A stretch of DNA of 64,000 bases from Marsupella aquatica (lineage: Eukaryota > Plantae > Marchantiophyta). A program made the translations under genes and the position numbers. The stretch's first letter is position 1. The number at the start of each line of letters is the position of its first letter. Location of the stretch: assembly GCA_973895155.1 (NCBI GenBank), contig OZ316895.1, forward strand, positions 14,550,548-14,614,547. The letters run 5' to 3'. The notes under the pieces were generated by a model, which saw nothing but the letters and a program-made list of their open reading frames with translations, had not been told where the DNA came from and did not search any database. Positions 1-13,600 of the stretch are shown in pieces.

Positions 1-120
1 GAGGAGAGCACAGCTAACATTAAAATTCTGAATAAGCATGCCACATAACTGAGAAGTCCAATTTCCCTCTTGTCACAAAAGTTGAGCATGCAGGAACACT
101 ACTGACAACTTAATCACATT

Positions 121-1530
121 CATCTAGGTCCTAGTCATAGAGAGGATCTAGTACCAATCAGAAGTGCACAGCGCAAGAAGTCACCCAACAAAGGGACCAG
201 GACCCATAAATAAAGTTGGAGAATTGAATGCACCTTTTCTAGGGTGACACAGGGACCAATGTACGTACTTAGTTTACTCACGTACTTTGACACATTCCAT
301 TCAAAAATACCGCTGCATATATGCCAACAAGTTAGTAAAAAATAGCAATTTAAAACAAAACTTATCAAAGCATATCTCCTTGTCAGAATTTCACATAAAA
401 AGCTGTTTCCTTCCTGGCTTTACACTTTTACAGGCAAAGAACCAAGTCAACAGTCAAAGATGAAGTAATCATACTTGTTACTTGACAGCTTCAAGATACT
501 AGGAACTGTCTTTGTTCCAGTCCTTATAATATATATTATGGGCTCTGAAATTCAAATCCTTTGACACTATCTGCAACATAAATTCCAGTTTATATACTGT
601 AGTTTGCACATATACATTAGGCCAATCCGGGGGCCAATCCACAATTAAAACATGACTGTGAAAATACCACAAGCAGGAAAACTTACTTGAAGAAGAACAT
701 GATTGATTCCAGCAACCAGCAAAGGTTTCATCCATCCTCCTTTCTTCTCATGGCTAAAATTCCCTGATTCATGGTGTACCCAGCAATACCCACCCACAAT
801 GTCAAACGAGATTTTGGCAGTGCATATAATTATACCACCTGCCGACCATGGTCCAATATTCAATTACATATATAACAGAAGTCAGATAAATCTCATTCCA
901 ACCGAGCATTGGTCATATATATACTTGAAGATGAGACTGGTAGGGTGAAATCTATTTCTTCTTATTAAACTGTGGGCGTTTCTACTTGCTGATTAATAAA
1001 AGTAGAAAATAATTAGTTTACAATATCAATTTCATACAAAACCTCGATTTCATACAAAACCTCAAACGTCAAGGTCACTTGCAAAAATACTACCTCCAGT
1101 TTATGTTAGGAACTTTACTGCTGAGATAGACAAGCATCTAGGTACAATTTACAAAGTCAGATGTAATCAAGTTTGTCCCGGTCCTTGTCAAGAGAGAGCC
1201 TAGCACGAATCGGACGTGCAACAGTGCAAAAAGTGAGGCAAAAAGTAACCCAGCAAAGGTACTAGGATGGATTATAAATATTGATTGGAGAAAGGAAAAC
1301 ACAATTTCTAGGGTCACACAGGGACCGATGTTACCTTGTAGCCTCATGTCCTTTGACACATTCACTTTAAATATAGCACTGCCAGCAATGCAGTACAGAG
1401 AAAAAGATTAAATAGAGGACTTATGCATGCAAGTACACATGTGAGTCCTTGTCAGAATTCTGCATAAAAAGTTGTATCCTTCTTGTCTTTATAGGCAAAG
1501 CACCATGCAACAGTCAAAGATGAAGTTGGT
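121..1530. repeat. Diverged direct duplication (~121-470 vs ~1135-1525)
   Basis: Shared blocks in the same order: catctaggt, ttctagggt(g/c)acacagggacc, ctttgacacatt, ccttgtcagaatt..cataaaaag, aggcaaag..caacagtcaaagatgaagt; offset about 1.0-1.1 kb. Confidence 0.75.
687..838 (-). pseudogene. Isolated exon-like fragment of an unidentified gene
   Basis: Bounded by cag| and |gtaagt on the minus strand; one frame is open and another reads VV*LYALPKSRLTLWVGIAGYTMNQGILAMRRKEDG*NLCWLLESIMFFF; family not recognised. Confidence 0.35.
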
Positions 1531-1951
1531 TAATATACTCAAATCAAGCCTTAGCCATTCAGGAAGAATAACATGAACTGAAGATGGGAAGGATGAAAAA
1601 TTAAATTCACCCAGAACTGAGTGAGCTCACGGTTACTATCCCAATTATTGAGAAGATCTCAGACTACGCCCTCACACTGGCTAGCTAGGCAGCTATTCAA
1701 TTCCAATTTGCAATCCTCCTCTTGGATCTAGTCTCTACCCGAAAACTACAATCGGGACTACAATATAAGTTGTATAGATGCTCCAAAAAATTTACCATGG
1801 CTGCCGTGCATAGCTGGTCCCAAGAATATGTACACCATATTAACAAGCAAGCTAAGTATGTTCACAGCATGTACGTGGTTTGACATATGTAACTCCAACT
1901 AATCACTCATTTGCAAGGAAATGAGCATTCAAGTGAGATTGGTATAATATT

Positions 1952-2081
1952 GGCTGCTTGAGCTTTTGAGATTGGTACAGCAGCAAAGGACTCAACACCA
2001 ATTTGTTAATTGTAAGTCCTGCCAATCTTTCACAAATCGGATCCCTGGGATATCAAGAGATGTCTCTACAATATCAGTGGC
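1952..2081 (-). pseudogene. DEAH-box RNA helicase fragment (motif V region), degenerate
   Basis: After a ctgcag acceptor reads ATDIVETSLDIPGIRFVKD, then after a shift TYN*QIGVESFAAVPISKAQAA; matches the DEAH consensus ATNIAETSLTIPGIRYVVD...ESL.VVPISKAQA. Confidence 0.8.
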
Positions 2082-2720
2082 CTGCAGAGAGAGAGTCGAT
2101 CAGAAGAGATCTCATGTAGCAAATAGAAATGGCGTTTGAAGCTTTGCCCTAAGAGGTTCAAGAGCTGTCATTATACTGTACTAACAAATCCTTCAATGAG
2201 CAGATTTTTAAGCTACGACTTGCTCCTTATTGTTTGACTTGTCCACAAAAACTCTAGAAATCGCATTATTACTGAATCAGGAATTTATGGTTGCTAATAC
2301 TCTGTACATGACTAATGAAGGGAACCCCATTAACCCCACATTCAAGTCATCAATCCCGCTCCAACATGCAATATGTACAACATAACCAACAGAACATAAC
2401 CAACAGAACGGAAAGGTTTATCACAGAAATATTTATAATCATCAAAATTGATACCCTATACTACCTATTGTAACATTATTCTGTACTTTGGATTTACAAA
2501 AGCACCTGCAAAGGGAAAGTAGTCAGCCGATCGATTGGTCAAGATTGAAGACCAATCCTAAAGTGAAAAAAAGGACCAATTGACAGGGTAAAGAACAAAA
2601 AGCTGCTCTGATCCACCAAATCCTAAGTTCATGATGATTATAACAGTAAAGGGCATTAAAAAATGACTGCGCCTGAGGAGAAGGACCCGTAAAGGCTTGA
2701 ATGGAATCTAAGGTACATAC

Positions 2721-2839
2721 CAAAGCATTTGCGGCATGATCCTCTTCTCCAACAAGAACATCCCGAAGAATCTTGGCATTTTGGGTCGACTCTCCTCCTT
2801 TCAGATCATTGATGGTACAGGGAGGGATCCCAGAATCCA
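2721..2839 (-). pseudogene. Single exon of anthranilate phosphoribosyltransferase (TrpD/PAT1-like)
   Basis: aag|...|gtatgt bounded exon encoding DSGIPPCTINDLKGGESTQNAKILRDVLVGEEDHAANAL, similar to plant AnPRT DFGIPRCTLEDLxGGxxxxNAxVLRxVLSGE; no other AnPRT exons seen. Confidence 0.8.
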
Positions 2840-3099
2840 CTTACATGATTGCCACCGGCCAAAATATAACCCAACATTGGCCAATATTGGGTGATCATTT
2901 CAAGGAATCATTGACGCTGCTATCCAGACCAATTAAGTCCAATCCTGTATGCCTACAACTATCAGTAGAATATATGGTGCCTAGTCAACAGGTAAATAAC
3001 CTTGCATCTGTGCTTGCAACTCAGATAAAGTAAGACGGCTTGCTCATCTCAACACAGACACTGCAATGCAAAGCACAAATAACGTAATAAGATACATAC

Positions 3100-3882
3100 T
3101 TGGAGGATGTCTCCAATATTCACAATGAGTCCTCAAATCTACGGCATGATAGAAATCCATTCTCCATCTAGATTGATTTCAAGCGCCTTTTGGCTGTCAC
3201 ACAGGGAGACGATAGTGAACACACTGGAGTCTTTGCGCGCGTTAAGACCTGTTTGCGCAGCTGCGGAATGATGAAAGTTCAAATATCAAGGAACTGTTGC
3301 ATTTCTGTGGTGTTTCAACCGGATATGCAAGGCTGGAAGTCCAAGACAGTCTGAGAAGACATCAAGAAAATTGTAACCAAATTTCCAAGCTCTAACTAAA
3401 GACGTTCCATCCTTTCTTGGTAGCCTGACAGGATTGACTGGCCACCAGTTCTTTGCGGAATCAACTTGTCCTTTTGTAGCCATCACAGTAAGTATCTTTT
3501 GTGCAATCTTGGGGTTTGAAATGGTAGTCCGGCCCAAAACACGATCTCCTCCATTCGATTCTCTGTACTCCAAAGAACGGGAAAGTGCTTGTACCCGAGC
3601 TGGAAGGGGACGAGGAGCTTCTTGTTCTTGTTCTCGACCCTCAAACTCAATTTGTCCTCCATGGGGAGATCAACGAACTCCCGGTTATCGGCAAATCCCG
3701 CGGCAAATGCATTGTCCACTACTTCCGCAGGTACCCTGCAATTTATGACCTCAAAGAAGCGGAGTGTCTCACTGAACCCGAGTGTCTCACTTGCTTGTGC
3801 TACTTGTGCACAAATGAAGGAGCGTTTGATAGGATCCAAAGCATGACATACATTTCACATCAAAATCTTCTCCCCTTGCCAT
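3100..3882 (-). pseudogene. 2-oxoglutarate/Fe(II)-dependent dioxygenase, frameshifted and 3'-truncated
   Basis: DIOX_N-like FFEVINCRVPAEVVD..EFVDLPMEDKL; NWWPVNP..FSDCLGLP; GLNARKDSSVFTI (HxD changed to RxD), LEINLDGEWISIMP*I*GLIVNIGDILQ|gtatgt; last exon (SNGRYKS/HRV) not found. Confidence 0.85.
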
Positions 3883-5704
3883 GTGGAGTATATATTACCC
3901 GGAGAGAAAATACGTGCAAAATCAAAGTGGATGGCAGCAGCTGTCTAGAGAAAAGACAAGGGAAGCTCAATGCAATTGCAAACTAGGGAGATCGGGGCTC
4001 AGTATAGACAGACACGGGCAGTTGTAGCTGCAGCCAGTTGATTGGAATCGAAGCACCCCTGAAATTTGTCAAATCATTCGAATCAAGAAGTCGGGAATTA
4101 CAACAGGATGCAGTTGCGTGAAGCTCCATAGCGACAGAGCTGGAAGGTCTGGAAGTACCAAAGCCTTGAGCGCGGCATTTTTTGCAAATGGAGATTTTGA
4201 AAATAAGAAGGGAAGTAATAGTCTCCATTTTACACTGTATGACTCTCCTTATGGACCTGTAAAGAGACACTAAACCAGTGTCAAGCTTGGTTTTAGAACC
4301 CAGCTTGACACCCGAGTCAACTTGGATGACATTTGAAGTGACTATAAGGGTTGATTCCAAAGCTGAGATATACTTAGGGTGTAGGTCTTGACTGACAGGA
4401 CCTATACACAAAGGTGTAAACAAGGTGTAAAGGGGTGTAAATCAACAGTTTTACCCCTGGCCATTCTGAGAACCATGTTCTTGACAGCTGTAGATGTACC
4501 TGCTGGAGGGGCTCCAACATGTCCTGGCTGGCTTTGTCCCTAAGTAAACCCTAAATCTCCTAAGCCAAGTAATAACCTGGTCGGTGGGTGGGGGCATGAG
4601 CTAGTTTATGGTGAAATTTTTGAATTAGTAGTTTTAATCATGGCTTTCATGGCCATGGAAAATTATTTGGGGAGACTGGAATTTTTTTTGGGTGCAAAGT
4701 GGATTTTGGATTTGGGGTACTTGGATTAAGGGGGGGGGGGGGGGGTGGGGGGAGGAGCAGGCTACCAAAGCATAGGCAAAGTAACCTCAAAAATGCTATG
4801 AAAATATTTTTAATCAAATGTACAAAAACTAGTGAGGCTGTTCACTGAACGCCAAATTCTAAACCCCTTCCCACATCCTAATTAAGTCCACCCTGACTAC
4901 TTCAACTTAAACCCTTGAAGAGTTACTTTCAGTTCAGACAATGAGTTTCCTACAAACTAAGTCAAATATGTTGAAATTTAAAAACTCTTGTTTTTACTAT
5001 TTATTAATTTTGGGGAAGAGGACAGCAGGTAAATGCTATAACCTCCCTTTTAAGTATGCATGTGAATATTCAGTTGGGAAATGTTAATTGTTGGGGTATA
5101 ATGTACCGTTGGATGGGCTAAAATGACCCAATACGCCGTTGGATGTGGGATGGTAGTGCTTAAATGACCTACACCCCATCTTAACTTTAACTTTGACATA
5201 GAGCCCCATGACACTCTAGGGCCCCCTTTTAATTATCCCTATCCCCAATTCAGTCATTTTCACCCCTTTCGACAATGACAGCATGATCAAGCTAGGGACA
5301 CCTCTAATGACCCCATTATTGGTCATTTGATACATCTGACCTCCCACATCATAGCCACAATGACATTATATAAGGTCATTGGGACAACCTGCACTAAACT
5401 CCATGGCAGCCCTTTTGGTGAACCATTCCAAACTCGTTTGACTTTGAAGTGATTTGCCCAAAGTTGTATCATGGTTAGAAAAGCTTTTTATCCAAACTAG
5501 TGCTTGGACATGGGCAAGTGCAGTGTCCCGCACCCCTTGAAGGTTTTCTTGATGCATAGAAGGTCAATTGTGCTCGTTCATAATGACAACATGCTGGACC
5601 TCTCTAGTGACCATATATGTAGTCATTTGGTCCAAATGACCTCCAATATTATGGCCAAAATGACCCTTATTGCAGTCATTGGCATGAATGACTCACCGGT
5701 TTTG

Positions 5705-6091
5705 GTCAAGTGCAAGCTAGAGGGGTACTGAAAGGATCTCCATTTTCTCCACCAAAAGGACATAGGTCCTTGGTAAAAGCAATCACTAGAGGACAAAAAG
5801 ACCAAAATGTTACATGGAATGGCCAGGATTGTTTTGGTGAGATTGAAAGGTTAGATCATGCATGCCAAATATTTGGAAGTGTGTCCAAATGTTTTGGAAT
5901 TCTAGAAGTGTGCCCGATCTTTTTGGAAGTGTGCACAACATTGTTGGCAGTGCCCCCAATTATTTGGAAGTGTGCCCAACCTTTTTGGGAGTGTGCTCAA
6001 CTAAATCTTAATGACATTTCTAGTCCTTCCCCTCTCCTTTTTGAGCTAGCCCTTGGGGACTCCTTTGGTACCCCTCTAGCTTGCACTTGAC
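5705..6091. mobile_element. MITE-like element with 24 bp perfect terminal inverted repeats
   Basis: gtcaagtgcaagctagaggggtac (5705-5728) / gtacccctctagcttgcacttgac (6068-6091); tttt on both flanks; internal ~21 bp ttttggaagtgtgcccaa repeats (5870-6001); interrupts an array unit. Confidence 0.8.
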
Positions 6092-9000
6092 TTTTCCAAA
6101 ATGATCCCATAAATATTACACAACCTGGACTGCTTAACCTTAGGTAAATGCAAAAACATGACTCAACATTAATTATGGTGCAAGTAATGGTTGGAGAATA
6201 GTAAATTATAGAGTATCCCAGACCTAGTGGAGGGGTTGCCAGCCCCATGTGGGGCCACATGGCACTCCAGGGCCTACCTCTAGCTCCTAGCCCCAAACTG
6301 GTCATTTAATTATGCTTGTCTTCAATGGCTGCACAAGGGACCCCCTCAAATGACAACAAGTCCAGTCATTTGACCTATATGACTTCCCATATGACCATTT
6401 TAAAGACCCATATGACCGAATGAATGACCCTAAACTTTTAGTCATTGAGATTGATGCACCATTTAACTCACAAATGACTCAATGAGCTCCCTTGTAAGTC
6501 CAAAGAGAACCCCCCCAATATGCTTTGAAATGACCACATTTCCTGTCATTTGGTACTTTTGACCTCTAGTATATATGACAGCCAAGATGACCCTAAATTG
6601 AGGTGTTTTCATTAATGACACACCATTGTTCCAAAATGACCCAATGAAAATTACACTATCTCTAGGAGTGCCCCCTTACAATTCCTTTGCAATTTAATAG
6701 AAAATACCCTAAATCCAAATATCGGCAAAAACATGACATACATATATAGAAGGACGATAGCCTTCCACTAGTATTGCACTATATACCTCTTGGAGAGACA
6801 AAAACAATTCCATCATGCCTTAACAATACGCAAAAACACGACATCAAAGTGCTAATGGTGCAACTAGTGGTTGGAGAATAGTAAATATAGTATTTGGCAC
6901 CTAGTGGAGGGGTTGCGAGCTCTATGTGTGGCCACATGGCACTCTAGGACCCACCTCCAGCCCTTAGCCCCAAATTGGTCATTTATGCTTGTCTTCAATG
7001 ACTGCACTAGGGACCCCTCAAATGACCACAAATCCAGTCATTTGACTTATGTGACAGTCCATATGACATATGTAATGACCCTATTTGTGGTCATTGGCAC
7101 TTATGACACAACTTTGTGCAAAAATGACCCAATGAAGGTCCTAGTACCTCCCGAGAGAGCCCACTCTAGGTTCATTTCAAAAATAGAATATTCCTATACC
7201 TTTAACCAGCACACACACCATAGAGGGAAGCACCACTACCACACCCATTCCATTGCTGTTGCACTACCTCTTGGAGGAACAAACAAATGGCTCCATTTGC
7301 CTTTGGAACATAACATATCATCCATGATGGTGCTTTTGGAAAATCACTCCAATGTTGTATGACTTGGGAGTGATTTCCCCAAGGTTGCATCATCCCTTAA
7401 GTAATTGCAAAAACATGGCTCCAAAGTGCTCATGGTGCAACTAGTGGTTGGAGAATAGTAAGTATAGTGTCCCGCACCTAATGGAAAGGTTTTCAGCTCC
7501 ATGTAGGGCCCCATGGCAGTCTAGGGCCCACTTCCAGCCCTTATCCCCAAACTGGTCATTTAGGTTCACTTGGTCCATAATGACACCATGAGGGACCTCT
7601 GTAATGACCAGGTATGCAGTCATTTGGTCCAAATGACCGGCAATATGACTGCCAAAATGACCCATACGGTAGTCATTGGCTTTAATGACACACCATTACT
7701 CCAAAATGACGCAGTGAAGATTACACTACCTATCGGAATGGCCCTTGGCAAATCCTTATAAATTTAATAGAATATTCCTCACCCAAACGCCAGCACAAAC
7801 ATGACATAGTTAAATCAAAGGACAACGACCTTCCACTGGTTTTGCGCTAACTCTTAGAGAACAATAAAACAACTATTATTTAACTTTGAATGTGGTGGTA
7901 TACATCCATGGTGACACTTTTGGCAAATCACTCCAAAGCCGTATGCCTTGGGAGTGATTTCCCCAAGGTTACATCATGCCTTAACAAAATGCAAAAACAT
8001 GGCTCCAAAGTGTTCATGGTGCAACTAGTGGCTGGAGAATAGTGGGTATAGTACCCCGCACCTAGTGGAGAGGTTGCCACCTTCATGTAGGGCCCCATGG
8101 CACACTAGGGCCACCTTAAGCTCCTAGACTCAAAAGGGTCATTTCTGATGGTCCATAATGACACCATGAGGGACCTCTTTTAATGACCCCATATGACTTC
8201 CAAAATGACTGCCAAAATGACCCTTATTGCAGTCTTTGGCATTAATGACACACTATTCCTCCAAAATGACCCAATGAAGATTACAACACGTACTCACAAT
8301 GCCCCAACACTATTCATATGCAAAATGGAGTATTCCCCATCCAAACACTGGCACCAACATGACACAATTATATCACAGGATGACAACCTTCCATAATTGG
8401 TGATGCACTACTTCTTGGAGAGACAAAAAAGGGCTTCATTTGCCTTCGGCACCGATGGTATGCATCCATGGAGACACTTTTAGCAAATCACTCCAAAGTC
8501 GTATGACTTGGGAGTGATTTCCCCAAAGGTGCATCATGTCTTAAGTAAACGCAAAAATGTGTGTCCAAAGTGTTCATGGCACAACTAGTGGTTGGACAAT
8601 GACGAGTATAGTGTCCTGCACCTAGTGGAGGGGTTCTCAGCTCTATGTGGGGCCCCATGGCACTCTAGGGCCCACCTCCAGCCCCTAGCCCCAAACTGGT
8701 CATTTGTGCTTCTGCTTAATGACTGCACAAGGGACCCCTCAAATGACCACAAATCTAGTCATTTGACTTATGTGACAGCCCATATGACAGATTTAATAAC
8801 CCTACTTGTAGTCATTGGTATTTATGACACCAATTTTTTCAGAAATGACTCAATGAAGATTACACTACCTCCTTGAGTGCCCCGTCACTTGCAAAATAGA
8901 ATATTTCCCATCCAAACACCGGCACAAACATGACACAATTACATGGAAGGACAACAGCCTTGCACTACTTCTTGCAGAGACAAAAAAAATGGTTTCGTTT

Positions 9001-9095
9001 GCTTTTAGATAGGATGATATGCATCAAGGGTGACACTTTTGGCAAATCACTCCAAAGTCGTATGACTTGGGAGTGATTTCCCCAAAGGTGCATCA

Positions 9096-9457
9096 TGTAA
9101 AGGTTAACTCAGTCTTGGGTTGAACTATGGTTAGGATGTTAACTAGGGTTAGAGTAAACCCTAGTTGAAGAGATTGATCCTTATCTCTTCAACTTGTATG
9201 TGGTGTGAGAACACACACAAGAGAGTTCTCAAGAGAGAACACAGGGATATAGCAAGAGATGAGAGCTTGAAGAGATGAGAGCTATGGTGATGCTTGACAC
9301 ACATAACCGCTAATAAAGCTTGGTCTTCCCGTGGTACACACATAACCGCTAATAAAGCTTGGTCTTCCCGTGGACGTAGCCAACCTTGAGGCGAACCACG
9401 TAACTATTGAGCACGTGTATGTTTGGAGTGTTCTTCCTGATCTGATTTCTCCCCACA
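9096..9457 (+). repeat. 5' LTR (362 bp)
   Basis: Matches 14668-14993 apart from two substitutions and a 36 bp internal duplication. Confidence 0.95.
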
Positions 9458-9459
9458 AT

Positions 9460-9471
9460 TGGTATCAGAGC
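9460..9471 (+). promoter_or_regulatory. Primer binding site, initiator tRNA-Met
   Basis: tggtatcagagc immediately after the LTR. Confidence 0.9.
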
Positions 9472-10627
9472 TCAGGTTTTTTCAGTCGATTAGGAACTCC
9501 ATAGAACTTGCTTCAAGCAAAGCGAACAGCGGATGATTTCCTCTTCGAAGCGGAGCTATTGAAAGAAGATCGGACTCAATCTTCTCACAAGTGTGGAGCA
9601 CACAACTAGGGCTCATTTCAGTGAAGCAATGAAGGCCTGAGGTCAGAAACGGAAACAATTGTAAGTGACGGTTTTCAATTTACATTATCGGGCAAGAGAT
9701 AAGGTCAATTTCTCAGATCAGTCATTTTGATTGTTCTATCGGGACTTGAAACTGAGATACGCTAGAGCGCCTTGTCTTTCTAGACGTTTCGATACCAACA
9801 TCGTTGAATTCCGTCAAACGGTTGAGAAACAATCTTAATTTCAATTCTCGTTTTTTGAGCTCGAAATTTTGGCTATGGCGGATAACTTAATATCAGTCAC
9901 TTTCACCGAATTGTTTCTCCCTCATTACTCCACCGTTTTGTGAGTTCTTTATATCAATCTTGATGCCCTCGAAGTCTAGTTTCTGAATCTGAAATCAGAA
10001 TTGGATTTCGTCAAAAACTGAGACAGGAATTTGAGTGAATCCGCCAAGGGGTACTTTCTGCCGCGAGTAGTCGCGACTTCCACGGACGCGCGAGGAGGTC
10101 GAAAACTTCGAGGAGGCCTTTCTAGGGCTCAACAGGGCTCGGGCAGGGGGAAGTGCCCCCTGTGAAGTCCCCCACAGGGGCTGTACAAGGGCGGACGGAA
10201 TTTCCCGAAAAGATTCTTTTCCAGAGGCTTGAATTTTTACCGAAGGTCAAAGATTCCGAGCGACAAATAAAATCGGATCAACTTCAACTTTTGGAGAGGC
10301 GTACTTGGGGAAACTAGGCAAGTATTGGTGCGTTCAATTCTGAAAAAGTATACTAGTGGAATCTTTGGCATAAGAAATTCCCTCGAGGGGTAATTATTTC
10401 ATCTTTTACCCCCCTCCGGTCGGAGTAAAAATTCTCGGCACTCGAGAGTCCATTTGACAAACCGTTTTCAGAATTCGGAGCGTTACCTTGTGGGCTACGC
10501 ATAGGAGTGATCAGTTTCAAAATTCACCAACTTTCAATTTTGGCCTTATTTTCACACCCCACATCTGAGCATTCGACGTTTATTTCTTGTCGGAAGGCAA
10601 CTCCACACTACATTTGGCATTCCAGCG

Positions 10628-13600
10628 ATGGCGACTACTAGGATTGGAGGTCAACGGTTTGAGGTGGAAAAATTTGATGGTCGGATGGACTATACAATGT
10701 GGGAACGTAACGTGAGGGATGCACTTAGGGCGATGGGCCTAGGCAAGGTATTAAGATCTCAACCCAAGGAGATGGAAGATGATGATTGGCATGATCTCCA
10801 GGATCAAGCGGTAAGTATTGTTGGCATGTACCTAAAAAACAATGTGAAGAAGCAGTTCGAGGAAAAAGCAACACAAACGGTGACGGACTTGTTTCAAGCA
10901 TTGCGCAACAAGTACTACAAGAAGGAGATGTCAAACCGAATGTATGCAAGCCTGAAGCTCATGCAATTCAAAATGGTTGATGGAGTCAAGATTCAAGATC
11001 ATATCGATTAGTTCAATGATCTTGTGGTTGACCTAGAGAATTTGGGGGAGCATTTGAGCGAAGAAAAGAAAGCCTTATAACTCTTGAGCTCACTACCATC
11101 TTCGTACCAATCTTTGTCTCGAGTTCTTCTATTCCGTGATAAGACAACTATATCCTACAATGATGTGGTGAGTGCGCTGTTGACCGATGACATGCAGTCT
11201 AAGCTGGTTTCTTCAGCTCATCCTACCTCAACCTCATCATCAACCGCACTGTTGGTAGAAAGAGGCAAATCAAGGGAGCCATCTCATGAAAACAAAAGGT
11301 TTAACCCACTTCCCATGGAGCGAGGAAGGTTCCACGACCGATCTTTTGGTAGGAGGAGGTTTAGATCCAGATCTAGATCTCGATCCAAATCACCATCCAA
11401 GTCTACTCGTGAGATAAAGTGTTGGAAGTGTGACAAAGTGGGCCACATGAAGAAGGACTGTCGCGTCAAAGACACATTCAAGGAAGTTGCCGGTTCTTCA
11501 GCCCAAGTAGTTGTTCGAGAAGAGGATAGTGAAGGATTTGCATTGTGTACCACTTCCCAAGTTGAGGATTGTCAATGGATCTTGGATTCCGCTTGCTCAT
11601 ATCACATGTGCTATATGCGTGAACTTTTCTCATCCTACACTCCTATCAATGGATCTGTTTTGATGGGAAATAATTATTCTTGCAAAGTTTTAGGGATTGG
11701 ATCCGTAAAGATTCAACTACCCGGTGGCAAGTACTGTACTCTATCAAATGTCAGACACATTCCAGAAATGTGTAAGAATTTGATTTCTCTTGGCTACTTG
11801 GATGCGAAGGGTTATCAATGGAGTGCAACTGATGGGGTGTTAACAGTCACGCATGGATCAACTGAAGTTCTTATTGGCAAGAGGAAAAGAAATATCTATG
11901 TCTTGGAAGGCACCACACTTCTTGCCGAAGTCAATTTGGTCACATCTCAGGAGGAGAAAATCAATTTATGGCATGCTCGGCTTGGTCACATGAGTGAAAA
12001 AAGTTTGGAAATCCTACACAAGTGACATCTCCTACCAGGATTGCAAGCATGCAAGTTGAGTTTTTGTGATCATTGCATTATCGGCAAGAAAACAAGAACT
12101 CCATTTCCGACTGCCATTCATCATTCTAAAGTTGTACTTGAGTATATTCATTCCGATGTGTGAGGTCCTGCTCCGGTTTCCTCACATTCAGGCAAACAAT
12201 ACTATGTATCGTTTATCGATGATTACTCAAGGTTTGTTTGGATTTATTTCATTGCCCATAAGTTTGAAGTGTTTTCCATCTTCAAACAATGGGTAGCTCA
12301 AGTTGAGACACAGACTGCAAAGAATGTGAGATATCTACGATCAGATAATGGTGGTGAATACACCTCTAGCGAGTTCAACACATATTGTGCAAATAAGGGA
12401 ATTACTCACCATCTCACAACTGTGTACACTCCTGAGTAAAATGGTGTTGCTGAGCGACTCAACCGCACATTGTTGGAACGAGCACGGAGCATGTTGAGCC
12501 ACTCTAAATTGCCACAAATCTTTTGGGCGGAAGCTGTCAACATAGCTGCTTATCTCGTAAATCTCTCTTCTAGTCGGGCAATTACTTACAAAACCCCCTT
12601 TGAGCTATATATGGCACAATCGACCTGCTGATTATTCAAAGCTTAAGGTTTTTGGCTGTGAAGCATATGCACATGTTCCTAGCAACAATAGGACTAAGCT
12701 AGATCCTAGAGCCCAGAAATGCATTTTTCTTGGTTATCAGCGTGACGTTAAAGGATCTTGATTGTGGGATCCAGTTGATTGCAAGTTACTTGTTAGTCGG
12801 GATGTATCCTTCAATGAAGACAAATCATTGAAGGAGGGGGAGATAGATCAATTCCCTACTACTAACAAAGTGCAATCTCCTCCTCTAGAGGATTTAAGAG
12901 GAGAGGATGTGTCAAATGAAGAATATGTTGACACTACTGTAAGGCAAAGCACACTACAATCAGATCAGCCAGAGTCTTCAGTGCGAAGAGCAACTCGTAA
13001 ACGTCAAGCCCGGAAAAGGTATGGAACTTGGTTTCCTTCTGATCAAGTGGATTTGGATGAAGAATCTATTGATGCATTGGTGACAGAAGATGGAGATCCA
13101 TCCTCATTTCAAGAGGTCCTAGCTTCTATGGAGAAGCAACAATGGCAGGCGGCGATGCGCATGGAAATGAAATCACTTCACGATAACAAGACTTGGGAAC
13201 TCACAAGTCTACCTAGTGACAAGCAGGCTGTTGACAGCAAGTGGGTGTATAGGAAGAAAGATGGACCCACGGAGGATGCTGAGAAGATATTTAAGGCTCG
13301 GTTGGTAGCCAAGGGTTTTACTCAACAAAAAGGTATAGATTACAATGAGGTTTTTTCACCTGTAGCAAAGTATTCAACAATACGTTTGCTATGTGCTCTT
13401 GTAGTTTTATTTGATCTGGTTTTAGATCAAATGGATGTTGTCACAGCATTCTTATATGGATCGTTGGATGAGGTGATTTACATGAGGCAACCAGAGGGTT
13501 TTGTGCAAAAGGGCAAGGAAAATTTGGTATGCAGGTTGCTAAAATCCTTATATGGATTAAAGCAGAGCCCAAGGCAGTGGAACAAGCGTTTTGATGAATT

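Noticed and set aside
4730-4753. Long poly-G run (also near 29627 and 45598)
   Set aside because: Simple homopolymers with no supporting context
5784-5800. cactagagga as the left CACTA TIR
   Set aside because: It diverges from CACTAGAAGAAAA after 7 bp, its flank aat does not match ata, it lies inside the MITE, and the array starts upstream of it
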